NCBI GenBank assembly: GCA_012964335.1 | Contig: DTUF01000032.1 | Span: 17,513-81,512 of the forward strand | Origin: Candidatus Poseidoniales archaeon | GTDB taxonomy: Archaea; Thermoplasmatota; Poseidoniia; Poseidoniales; Thalassarchaeaceae | Direction: 5' to 3' | DNA length: 64,000 nt | Shown: piece by piece, positions 11,121 through 20,018 of the stretch | Layout of the letters: every line of letters starts with the position of its first letter | Numbering within the stretch: the first letter of the stretch is position 1 | The notes under the pieces: model-generated | What the model saw: only the letters and a program-made list of their open reading frames with translations | Database searches by the model: none | What the model was told of the DNA's origin: nothing | Translations under genes and position numbers: made by a program

Positions 11121-11849
11121 ATGGTGAAATTAGCAGTAATCACGGGTGGAAGTAGAGGTATTGGAGCAGCCACATCTAAGCGACTAGCTAAGGATGGATA
11201 TCGCCTAATAATTACTTATCATACAGATTCTCAATCTGCAGAAAATGTCATCTCAGATGTAAGAGAGAGTGGCTGTGATTGCGTCGCAGTAAAAGTGGAC
11301 TGCTCAGATTCTGGCGAGGTTATGATTCTTGCAGACCATCCTTGGGTGCGTGAAGGTGTTGACGCACTCGTCCTGAATCATGCAATGTATGAACGGGGAA
11401 AGGCTGGGGAACTGACTCTTGAAGCACTCGAACTGACCATGAATGTCAATTTTACCGGCTCGTTCCTTGTATGGAAGGCACTCTCCCCACACCTTACACA
11501 GAATGCCTCAATAGTAGTTTTAGGTAGTCAACTTGGAATTAAAGGAACTGCTACTGGTGCTGATTATTCCGCTTCAAAAGGAGCACTGCATAGTTGGGCT
11601 CGCTCACTCGCAATTGATGTCGCCCCGAGTGGCCAGAGAGTGAATGTTGTTGCCCCTGGAACTATTGATACTGATCTAGTCGCGAATGACTCACCCAAGA
11701 AAAGAACTAACAGAGAAGAAAATATTCCAATGGGAAGATTGGGGAAACCTGAAGAAGTTGCTAATGTCATATCATTCCTTTTGTCTGATGATTCTAGTTA
11801 CATTACTGGTGCGATTCTGCATGTTAATGGCGGGTTATATCGCCCATGA
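11121..11849 (+). CDS. short-chain dehydrogenase/reductase (FabG-like)
   Basis: TGGSRGIGAA cofactor motif, catalytic YSASKGAL, and a C-terminal ITGAILHVNGG. Confidence 0.85.
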   Translation: MVKLAVITGGSRGIGAATSKRLAKDGYRLIITYHTDSQSAENVISDVRESGCDCVAVKVDCSDSGEVMILADHPWVREGVDALVLNHAMYERGKAGELTLEALELTMNVNFTGSFLVWKALSPHLTQNASIVVLGSQLGIKGTATGADYSASKGALHSWARSLAIDVAPSGQRVNVVAPGTIDTDLVANDSPKKRTNREENIPMGRLGKPEEVANVISFLLSDDSSYITGAILHVNGGLYRP

Positions 11850-11880
11850 AATGAAGAACGATCAATTGTGAGCGGATACC

Positions 11881-14280
11881 ATGGCAAAGACTGAGATTGA
11901 CCATTTTGATTTGTCTAAAGCTATTGAGGGTGCGGCTTCAGATTGGTTAGACCCATCTGTCGCATGCTTTCGATTACACTCAGAATACAATACTGCAGGT
12001 GACCAGAAACAAGCAATTGAAAAATTAATTTCCCAATTCAATAATTCACAAGAGAGAGCGGTACTCCTTGGGGTGACCGGCTCGGGCAAAACATTTGCTA
12101 TGGCACATATTATTGAAACACTGAATATACCTACTCTAATTCTTAGCCACAATAAGACACTTGCTCGCCAACTATGGCAAGAGATGTCATCACTTTTCCC
12201 AGAAAATGCAGTGGAGTACTTTGTCAGCCACTACGACTACTACCAACCGGAAGCATACCTACCCAAGCGGGATTTATACATCGATAAAGAAATGCAGATG
12301 AATGAGCGAATTGAACAAGAGCGATTTGCCACTGTTGCATCTCTTGTATCTCGCCCTGATGTCATTGCCATTGGTACTGTTTCAGCAATTTATGGTCTTA
12401 ATCCACCCGAAACATTCCTAAAACAACACGCAAGGATATATGTCGGGCAAGCGATTGAACCTCTTGACTTAGTCAAACAGTTGGTTGAGTTACAATACCA
12501 ACGCATAACCGGTGAAATCTCAAGAGGGGAAATTCGGTGTCGTGGCGAAGTTGTTGATGTCTGGATGCCCAGTCGGGATGACCCGCTTCGTATTCGTTTT
12601 GACTTTGATGGAGTCACGAAAATTCAGGTCTGCGAAGCGGTTTCGTGGGAACCTCTTGACGAACTAGAAGAAGCTTGGATACATCCGAAAGAATTTTTCA
12701 TGACTAGTCCAGAAAGATTCGCACAAGCATTGGAAGATATTGTATTTGAGTTATCAGAGAGAACGCATGAACTGGAGAAAGAGGGTAAAGAATTGGAAGC
12801 GCATCGCCTTGAAACTCGGACCACTTTTGATTTAGAAATGCTTAGAGAAACTGGGCATTGCAAAGCCATTGAAAATTATTCAATGCATTTCGATGGTAGA
12901 ACCTATGGGGAACGCCCTTACTGCTTGCTTGATTTTTTCGCAGCAACCGCTAAACAATTTCATGGGGCTCCGGACAAATTTCTCGTTATCATGGACGAGA
13001 GTCATGTGACCCTTCCTCAATTAAAAGGAATGTACGCTGGTGACCACTCAAGAAAAATGTCCTTAATTGAACATGGATTCAGATTACCATCTGCAGCAGA
13101 CAACAGACCATTACGTATTGATGAATTTCAAAGTCTTGTCCCGCGAATGTTGTACGCCTCTGCAACACCAGGGGAGAGAGAACTACGCCATCTTGCAGAG
13201 GTAACTGGACAAAACGTGCCAAAAGAGCTACTCCACGTGCCAGGAGGTGGTGGTGCAGTTGAACCAGAGATGAAGAAGCCGAAGAAGTCACCTAGCCTTC
13301 TCAAATCCCTTGAACAAATTGATGGGATTGTGCGTATGGAATTCCGTCCGACTGGGTTACTTGACCCTGAAATTGAAGTTCGTCCGACAGAAGGTCAGAT
13401 TCAGGATTTACTTGATGAGATAAACAAATGTACATCCAGCGGTGAACGTGTATTGGTTACAGTTTTGACTATCAAATTCGCAGAAGAAGTTTCTAGTTAT
13501 TTACAACGAATGGGTGTTAAATCACATTACCTCCACTCGGAAATTGACACCATCGAGAGATCTGAAATCATTAAGGCCTTACGAATTGGCCACATTGATG
13601 TTATTGTCGGGATAAATTTATTGCGAGAAGGTCTCGACATCCCGGAAGTATCTTTAGTAGCAATTTTTGATGCTGACCGTCAAGGGTTCTTACGAAACGA
13701 GCGTTCTCTTTTACAGACAATTGGCAGGGCTTCACGGAATGAAAATGGCAGAGTGCTGCTTTATGCGGATTCTATGTCTGATGCAATGAGTACATCAATT
13801 TTTCAAACCGTTGAAAGACGGAAACGACAAGAAGAATTCAATGTTAGGAATGATATTGTCCCAAAAACTATTGTCAAAGAATTACCAATAATGGGTATTG
13901 AAGCAGAGGAACTGTTGGCTGGTACTGCGGGTACTGGTAGCAGTGGCGGTAAGAGATTTGTTGGCGGAACCACAGGTCAAAGTGGGAAAATCAGAGATGA
14001 GAGAGACCTTGCAAAACGATTTGACCTCGGTACAGATGGTTGGGCCTCTGAAGGGGAATCGGTTAGCAATGTTAGCCAACCTTCGTGGGCAAGTGTTGCT
14101 TCTTCAATTTTGGAGGGGGATGGAAATGTCAATTCAGTAGATGAGTCAGTGATGAATGAAGATCTTGAGCGATTATTAGATAGATTACGGAAACAGATGA
14201 GATTGGCAGCAACTAGACTTGAATTTGAGAAGGCTGCCCAATTGAGAGATCGAATTTTCCAATTGGAAAATGATGGATAA
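11881..14280 (+). CDS. uvrB: excinuclease ABC subunit B
   Basis: UvrB hallmarks: YNTAGDQKQAIEKL, Walker A GVTGSGKTF, YYDYYQPEAY, helicase motifs DESH and LREGLDIPEV, QTIGRASRN, and the C-terminal UVR motif FEKAAQLRDRIFQLE. At 799 aa it has extra acidic or low-complexity inserts. Confidence 0.93.
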   Translation: MAKTEIDHFDLSKAIEGAASDWLDPSVACFRLHSEYNTAGDQKQAIEKLISQFNNSQERAVLLGVTGSGKTFAMAHIIETLNIPTLILSHNKTLARQLWQEMSSLFPENAVEYFVSHYDYYQPEAYLPKRDLYIDKEMQMNERIEQERFATVASLVSRPDVIAIGTVSAIYGLNPPETFLKQHARIYVGQAIEPLDLVKQLVELQYQRITGEISRGEIRCRGEVVDVWMPSRDDPLRIRFDFDGVTKIQVCEAVSWEPLDELEEAWIHPKEFFMTSPERFAQALEDIVFELSERTHELEKEGKELEAHRLETRTTFDLEMLRETGHCKAIENYSMHFDGRTYGERPYCLLDFFAATAKQFHGAPDKFLVIMDESHVTLPQLKGMYAGDHSRKMSLIEHGFRLPSAADNRPLRIDEFQSLVPRMLYASATPGERELRHLAEVTGQNVPKELLHVPGGGGAVEPEMKKPKKSPSLLKSLEQIDGIVRMEFRPTGLLDPEIEVRPTEGQIQDLLDEINKCTSSGERVLVTVLTIKFAEEVSSYLQRMGVKSHYLHSEIDTIERSEIIKALRIGHIDVIVGINLLREGLDIPEVSLVAIFDADRQGFLRNERSLLQTIGRASRNENGRVLLYADSMSDAMSTSIFQTVERRKRQEEFNVRNDIVPKTIVKELPIMGIEAEELLAGTAGTGSSGGKRFVGGTTGQSGKIRDERDLAKRFDLGTDGWASEGESVSNVSQPSWASVASSILEGDGNVNSVDESVMNEDLERLLDRLRKQMRLAATRLEFEKAAQLRDRIFQLENDG

Positions 14281-14304
14281 GACCAATCGGTCAATTTGAA
14301 AACA

Positions 14305-15216
14305 ATGAGCCGTTCAACAGGTGCTATGGGACGGAGACTAGAGATAGTCATCATGACTCAAGGACCAGAATTGTACAGCACTACTAGAATAGCAGCTGCA
14401 GCCCGGCGTGCAGGCCATGGTGTTAGTTATCTCAATCCAACTAGATGTACAATTGACTTATCACCTGAAGGGGCAACTGTTCTCTATAATGGTGACAAAA
14501 TTGTTCAACCAATGGATTGCATTGTGCCAAGGATTGGCGCTTCAATTACCCGCCATGGATTAACAATACTCAGGCAATTCCAAGCTGTTGGAGTTCCTGT
14601 CCTTAACCCAAGCAATGGTATTGCGGCGAGTAGAGATAAATTGCGGGCATTACAGCGATTTGCTGCGGTTGATTTACCAATGCCTAGAACAGCATATGCA
14701 AGAGGATCTGCAGACTTACATCCTTGCATCAAAACTGTTGGTGGGCCTCCAGTGGTTCTGAAACTTTTAGAGGGGACGCAAGGAATAGGGGTAATGCGTT
14801 GTGATACTGTCGCAAGTGCTGAATCAGTAATTGATGTTCTTGCGAGATTACATCAACCAATAATTATCCAAGAATATATCGCCGAATCTAAGGGGACTGA
14901 CATTCGAGCCATCGTTGTCGGCGATAAAGTGGTCGCCGCGATGAGAAGAACTGGGAAAGGTGATGATTTCCGAAGTAATATCCACAGAGGTGGTACCGGC
15001 GATCAACTAGAACTTGAACCAGATATTGAGCGTATATGTATTGACGCTTGTAAAGCCCTTAACATCCAATTCGGTGGAGTAGATTTGCTAGAATCAAGTC
15101 GTGGCCCATTGTTGATGGAAGTAAATTCATCTCCAGGACTTGAGGGAATTGAAAAAGCAACTGGAATTGATGTAGCAAATGAGGTAATAAAGGAAATTGA
15201 GAGGCTCTGTGAATAA
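14305..15216 (+). CDS. rimK: RimK-type ATP-grasp alpha-L-glutamate ligase
   Basis: RimK-like order of motifs: EIVIMTQGPELYSTTRI, ASRDKLRALQ, PVVLKLLEGTQGIGV, IIQEYI, DIRAIVVGDKVVAAMRR, FRSNIHRGG, GVDLLES..GPLLMEVNSSPGLEGIE. The start could be TTG 14296, ATG 14305 or ATG 14326. Confidence 0.8.
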   Translation: MSRSTGAMGRRLEIVIMTQGPELYSTTRIAAAARRAGHGVSYLNPTRCTIDLSPEGATVLYNGDKIVQPMDCIVPRIGASITRHGLTILRQFQAVGVPVLNPSNGIAASRDKLRALQRFAAVDLPMPRTAYARGSADLHPCIKTVGGPPVVLKLLEGTQGIGVMRCDTVASAESVIDVLARLHQPIIIQEYIAESKGTDIRAIVVGDKVVAAMRRTGKGDDFRSNIHRGGTGDQLELEPDIERICIDACKALNIQFGGVDLLESSRGPLLMEVNSSPGLEGIEKATGIDVANEVIKEIERLCE

Positions 15217-15255
15217 CCGCTGTATTCATTTTGAGACGGCTTGTCGGGTGATGTC

Positions 15256-16263
15256 ATGGTAAGCCCAGACGACTTTGATTTGCCTGTGGTTGATTACGAT
15301 TTTTCCACTACTGATAATGTGACCAAACTGTTAGACCAAATGGCTACTGCCGGTGGCTTTACAGCGACTAAACTTGCCCTCGCACACGATATTCTAAAGG
15401 ATATGTTTGAGCAACTTGATGATTCTTCAAATGATGATGGCTCTGACCAGTTGAACTGGCTTTCTTTTCCAGCCTGCTTATGTGCTACAGGAACACGTGG
15501 ATTCTTCGTTGAGGCATTGAAGAGAAAACGCTTCAATGTAGTTGTGACAACTTGCGGAACACTTGACCACGATATTGCTAGGAGTTTCAGTGATTACTTC
15601 CATGGTGCCTTTGAGTTAGATGATGTTGAACTGGGTGAACAGGGCTTGAATCGACTTGGAAATGTGATTGTTCCAAATGCTAGTTATGGTGAAATCATTG
15701 AAAAGATTGTAATGCCAATATTACAAGAAATAGATGATGAGAGGCGCTCGGCCAACCCTGAAAATCCATGGGAAGGATTTGGTACTGTTGAGCTATGTTG
15801 GGCATTGGGTGACAGGATTGACGATGAATCAAGTCTACTTCATTGGGCTGCTAAACATAGGATTCCAATTATTATCCCTGGAATATACGATGGTTCCATC
15901 GGAGCTCAATTATTCATGCACCGGCAAAAAGCAAGAGACTTCAATCTTGACCTGTTAGCGGACCAACAACTCCTCTCGGACTTGGTATGGACTACTGATT
16001 CATCACACGCCTTAATGGTTGGAGGAGGTATCTCAAAACACCATGTAATCTGGTGGAACCAATATCGAGGCGGATTGGATTCTGCAGTGCAGATTACGAC
16101 GGCATCTGAACATGATGGTTCTTTATCAGGTGCAAGACTCAAAGAAGCAATTAGTTGGGGAAAAATTCGTGCAGATGCTCCTCAAATTGTAGTTGAAGGT
16201 GATGCTTCCTTGCTGTTGCCACTGTTAGGTGCTAGTCTATTTGCAGAGGAATATACCCCCTAG
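15256..16263 (+). CDS. dys: deoxyhypusine synthase
   Basis: DHS signatures: TGTRGFFVEALKRKRFNVVVTTCGTLDHD, MVGGGISKHHVIWWNQ, TTASEHDGSLSGARLKEAISWGKI. ATG at 15256; the ORF opens at TTG 15241. Confidence 0.9.
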   Translation: MVSPDDFDLPVVDYDFSTTDNVTKLLDQMATAGGFTATKLALAHDILKDMFEQLDDSSNDDGSDQLNWLSFPACLCATGTRGFFVEALKRKRFNVVVTTCGTLDHDIARSFSDYFHGAFELDDVELGEQGLNRLGNVIVPNASYGEIIEKIVMPILQEIDDERRSANPENPWEGFGTVELCWALGDRIDDESSLLHWAAKHRIPIIIPGIYDGSIGAQLFMHRQKARDFNLDLLADQQLLSDLVWTTDSSHALMVGGGISKHHVIWWNQYRGGLDSAVQITTASEHDGSLSGARLKEAISWGKIRADAPQIVVEGDASLLLPLLGASLFAEEYTP

Positions 16264-16269
16264 ATTGAA

Positions 16270-16959
16270 CTACGCCAACTGATGAGCAATACACTCCATC
16301 AATCCGACTCTAAATGGAACTGATGGATGCCACCCTTTTAATCCAGCATTCTGGCAAGCAGAATGTAATGGGCCAAGATTTGGCCTATTGGGGGAAACCA
16401 TTGGTTCGGTCTTAGGTTCAAATATTTCCAAATTTTCCAATTGGAAAGTTTTTGATTCGGCGGCTTTTACCCTTTTGAAAAGCATCTCCAACTCACTTGT
16501 CATCGCTTCATGGCTCCAGCAACGTCTCCCACTGACATCAACTACACCTTTTGGTAAATTAGTAAATAATTCCGAAATCATATCTACTACATCACGGACA
16601 TGAATCCAATACCTTGGCTCACCTTGGGGTCTTTCCCCAACAGGGTTGTTCAACCATGAAACTTGATGTTCTATTTCCTTCGGACCCCAGTTTCCAGAAC
16701 CATTCGGAACGTACAAGTCATGCAAAACCAATTCACAATCAACCTCACAAGGGTAAGGGTCACTTGTTGACGGTCGAATTACTAAATCACATTCTACAGC
16801 TGGACCAGAATGCCAACATAAGATGTGAACACCGTCTGAGACATCTGTGTCAATTCCGATTCTCTCTAGTCTGTCTTGTAATGACAAAAAGAAATTATCC
16901 TCTTGACCTTGAAGAGTTACCATATTTGGCATAGTTCCCCCCTCGTACACTTTTGACAT
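16270..16959 (-). CDS. hypothetical protein resembling an NAD-dependent epimerase/dehydratase with the Rossmann glycine motif lost
   Basis: 229-aa ORF. RYWIHVRDVVDMI and the C-terminal GLKGWHPSVPFRVGLMECI resemble extended-SDR epimerases. The position of the GxxGxxG motif reads VTLQGQEDNF. Confidence 0.55.
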   Translation of the reverse strand: MSKVYEGGTMPNMVTLQGQEDNFFLSLQDRLERIGIDTDVSDGVHILCWHSGPAVECDLVIRPSTSDPYPCEVDCELVLHDLYVPNGSGNWGPKEIEHQVSWLNNPVGERPQGEPRYWIHVRDVVDMISELFTNLPKGVVDVSGRRCWSHEAMTSELEMLFKRVKAAESKTFQLENLEIFEPKTEPMVSPNRPNLGPLHSACQNAGLKGWHPSVPFRVGLMECIAHQLA

Positions 16960-16985
16960 ATTCTGATTAACATTACATCTTGAGT

Positions 16986-18473
16986 TTAGTTCTCAGAAAA
17001 GGACATCAAACAATCTCTAACTATGTCTAGTACCAAATCTATCTCTTCAGAAGTAATGCCAAAATGAGGAGTGAACCTCAGTGCATTCATCCCACCATGG
17101 ATAACTCCAAGCCCATTCAACCTGCACCACTCTTCAACACAGCCAAAGCCCACAACTGGGAGGGTTTCTGGGTCAAGTTCTGCACAAAGTAGCAAACCAG
17201 AACCTTGAACTAAAGTAATCTCGTTTGGAAATTCTTTTTGTAATTCACGCAATTTTGAAAGGAATTCGTCTCCTTTTTCAATAATGTTCGCACGTAATTC
17301 AGGAGTTATCATGCTGAGTACTTCTACTGCTGTTTCAAGCGCTCGAGGATTAGTCGTCATTGTATTTCCATAAATCCCGACAACATACAATTCAGCGGCA
17401 CGTTCAGATAATCCTAGAACGGATAGAGGAAATTGTCCAGCGTTGAGTGCCTTTGACCAAGTCTCTAAGTCAGGTACTTCAGCAGATTGGAATCCAGGAT
17501 AATCTACAATTGAAAGACTGCCTTTGCCCCGAAATCCAGCCTGTATTGAATCTACTAACAACATGCTTCCGTGTTCCAAAGTTAATCGTCTCGCTTCATC
17601 ATAGAATTCTCGAGTTATAGATTGACCAGGGGAACCTTCGCCTTGCACTGGTTCTATGGCTAGCAATTCAATGAAAAAATTCTCTTGCTCTGCTGTTGAA
17701 AACGCTGACTGTAAATCTTTGACATTGTTTGGTTTAACAATAATGATATTATCACGCTCGCGGAACGTTGCAAGATTGTCTATGTATCCTTTCTTACAAG
17801 AATCTGAGATTGATGCAGGACGTTGTGTTCTTCCGTGGAATGCTTGCTTAAGTGCAATTATTTTTATCGGTTTTCCTTCATGACGACCACCTGGACCTGT
17901 CATGTTATTGGAATTAACATCAGCAATTCGCATGCCCAATGATACTGATTCAGACCCACTATTTACACAAATAAATTTTGAAAACGGACACCCACCACGA
18001 GAATGACCAACCTCTTTCCGTAATGCATCTGCTAACCTTTTCTGGCTAAATGAAGCCGTCATCACATTTGCCATTACCCAATTCTTTGACATAGCGCCAA
18101 TTACTTCGTCTGGACCGTGGCCAGCACCAAGCATCCCGTACCCGCCATTGTCGTGAAGTACAGCCCCATGTGATGTGATTATCCAAGGGCCGCGTGCAGC
18201 TATTGCAACATACGGATTAACAGTTGCAGGTGAGTAAAAATTAATGAAATCAGATTGTAACGTTTGGATTAATTTTGATTCTTCCATCATTAACAATTCT
18301 GAACCTAACTGTATCAAGTATTCTTTATGGTTCTTTGAAGCCTCTGAAATAGCACGTATTAGGTTAGGATCTGACGCTGCAAACTTAGTAATTACTTCGT
18401 CTTTCAAGCCGGTGGTTTGTTGTGGTCCTGAATTAGCGCGGATTTCCGCTAATTGAGAAAGAACGTCTTGCAT
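16986..18473 (-). CDS. class III pyridoxal-phosphate-dependent aminotransferase
   Basis: Motifs NSGSESVSLGMRIA, AFHGRT and LLVDSIQAGFRGKG (the DExQxGxGRxG equivalent). The 495-aa size fits long omega-aminotransferases. Substrate unknown. Confidence 0.85.
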   Translation of the reverse strand: MQDVLSQLAEIRANSGPQQTTGLKDEVITKFAASDPNLIRAISEASKNHKEYLIQLGSELLMMEESKLIQTLQSDFINFYSPATVNPYVAIAARGPWIITSHGAVLHDNGGYGMLGAGHGPDEVIGAMSKNWVMANVMTASFSQKRLADALRKEVGHSRGGCPFSKFICVNSGSESVSLGMRIADVNSNNMTGPGGRHEGKPIKIIALKQAFHGRTQRPASISDSCKKGYIDNLATFRERDNIIIVKPNNVKDLQSAFSTAEQENFFIELLAIEPVQGEGSPGQSITREFYDEARRLTLEHGSMLLVDSIQAGFRGKGSLSIVDYPGFQSAEVPDLETWSKALNAGQFPLSVLGLSERAAELYVVGIYGNTMTTNPRALETAVEVLSMITPELRANIIEKGDEFLSKLRELQKEFPNEITLVQGSGLLLCAELDPETLPVVGFGCVEEWCRLNGLGVIHGGMNALRFTPHFGITSEEIDLVLDIVRDCLMSFSEN

Positions 18474-19060
18474 GTCTTTGGGAGGGGGAATACGCTCATC
18501 AATTTATGCCGTGGATACAACTTTCATTTTGTTTCTAAAAGTGTATTTCCCATCATAAAATATCAGGAGGAAAAGGACGGAATTAACATTTTTCTTCTAG
18601 TAAATTCCAATTGAGTTTTCTAATTTCTAATTAGATTTTACTAACGTGTTGGCATTGGAATTAGTAATGATTTTGTTTACCTGATACTAATGATTAAAAT
18701 AAAATTGAAAAATATTGGAATTTTTCTAATTTCTTATTAGGAAACAATGGCAATCCCTCGATTCTAATGGATCAAAAGTAACAAGCTTGGAAAATAATTG
18801 AATGAGCGGTGTTATCCGTCTTTCCAATTAGAATTCATTTTCGGATAATCCACTTTAGAACGTCATTCCTATTGGTTAATTACACTCTCTTATCAGTTGA
18901 ATTCAATTGAATTTTGATTAAAGTTGTCATTTGTTCAAAATTATAACTATCAATTGGTCAATTATTGATTATCCGCCTTTTTCAATTGGATTTTCAATTA
19001 GTATTTCGGCATATACTTAATATACTGACTCCGAGCGTAGTACATTAACCGAGACATGGG
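18474..19060. promoter_or_regulatory. 587-bp AT-rich divergent intergenic region packed with TCCAAT(T/G) / CAATTG-type repeats
   Basis: No ORF of 60 aa or more. TTCCAATTG at 18605-18613, ATTGGAAT at 18654-18661 and 18714-18721, TTGGAAA at 18787-18793, TTCCAATT at 18822-18829, CAATTGGA at 18983-18990. A 19-nt direct repeat TTTTCTAATTTCT(A/T)ATTAG sits at 18616-18634 and 18722-18740. A perfect 14-bp palindrome AATTCAATTGAATT sits at 18900-18913. The region must contain the divergent promoters of the flanking genes. Confidence 0.5.
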
Positions 19061-19699
19061 ATGCACGGTAAAAGAGAGGGAAAAAATATGACAGATGAAT
19101 CGTTTAGGATACAAGAATTGTTACAACGGGAAGTTTACGTTAAACAAACACGCGTTGGAGTAATAGTCGGGGAGAGATATCACCCCAATGAAGATAGAGT
19201 TCAATCATTCAGATTACAGGTTGAACCAGGAGTGGCAGATGAATTCATGCGGAAGCCAGCTGAGTTCGCGCCACTTTCAAAAGAACTGCTTCATAGTATT
19301 CAATCAGACGGGAGTATCAAACTAACTAAATCGATGAGAGAATTACAACGCAGGTGGCGAAACACAGTTCGTATCAATGAGAAATTATACGCACCAGATG
19401 AATTACTTGACAGAGCAGTTCTTGACACCCAAGGTGAAGATCTGGGAGTGGTCATTGGCCTTGTGAAAATAAAGCGCACATACCGCGGAGTACAGGTCAA
19501 AGCGCGTGGAAACCTAAGACGGAGATACAAATTAGAGAACAGCGTAATCAACATACCTGTCCAATTCCTTGCTAGAACGAGCCCTCGTTTAGACGAAATA
19601 ATTCTTTCACGTACATTTGACAAATTGATGGGTTTGCCATCATATCTAAAGTTGAATTCGGGAGATATTAACGAAGAAGACTTTGCAGAAGAAGAATGA
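19061..19699 (+). CDS. hypothetical protein with two PRC-barrel-like halves
   Basis: 212-aa ORF. The second half (LLDRAVLDTQGEDLGVVIGLVKIK...SVINIPVQFLARTSPRLDEIILS) fits the PRC-barrel pattern. The first half (LLQREVYVKQTRVGVIVGERY...) fits more weakly. The ATG at 19088 is an alternative start. Confidence 0.55.
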   Translation: MHGKREGKNMTDESFRIQELLQREVYVKQTRVGVIVGERYHPNEDRVQSFRLQVEPGVADEFMRKPAEFAPLSKELLHSIQSDGSIKLTKSMRELQRRWRNTVRINEKLYAPDELLDRAVLDTQGEDLGVVIGLVKIKRTYRGVQVKARGNLRRRYKLENSVINIPVQFLARTSPRLDEIILSRTFDKLMGLPSYLKLNSGDINEEDFAEEE

Positions 19700-19752
19700 G
19701 ATTCCTAATAGGAACCGTTTAATTCAACCCCCCGGTGGCGCGGCTCACCCTT

Positions 19753-19827
19753 GGGCGGGTAGCTTAGGTTGGTTGGAGCACCCGGCTGATAACCGGGAGG
19801 TCGCAGGTTCAAATCCTGCCTCGCCCA
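19753..19827 (+). tRNA. tRNA-Ile (anticodon GAU)
   Basis: Hand-folded cloverleaf: acceptor GGGCGGG/CTCGCCC (one G-U pair), D arm GCTT..GAGC, anticodon stem CCCGG/CCGGG with loop CTGATAA, variable AGGTC, T arm GCAGG-TTCAAAT-CCTGC, discriminator A. CCA is not encoded. Confidence 0.9.
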
Positions 19828-19833
19828 CTCCCC

Positions 19834-19840
19834 TTTTTTT
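19834..19840 (+). terminator. oligo-T tract (T7) immediately after tRNA-Ile
   Basis: CCCTTTTTTT begins 4 nt after the discriminator base. Archaeal transcription commonly terminates at oligo-T tracts. Confidence 0.4.
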
Positions 19841-20018
19841 ACAAGTAGCGTAGATTTTTGCAAATTTTCTTTAATAAAATAAAAGTTAATTACAAAAATG
19901 GGGGGCCTTTTTCCCATTTAGGTCTGCTAACCTTCACTCAACTACACACATTTAGTATAACCTTGATACACACAAATGACATGAAGGGCCCACTAGTCGG
20001 AGGACTTGAGGGGAGCGC

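Noticed and set aside
18661-18710. Possible C/D-box sRNA (AATGATT ... CTGA ... AATGATT ... TTGA) in the AT-rich region
   Set aside because: The boxes deviate from RUGAUGA/CUGA, and the spacing from C to D' is only ~8 nt, too short for a 12-nt guide. There is no terminal stem.
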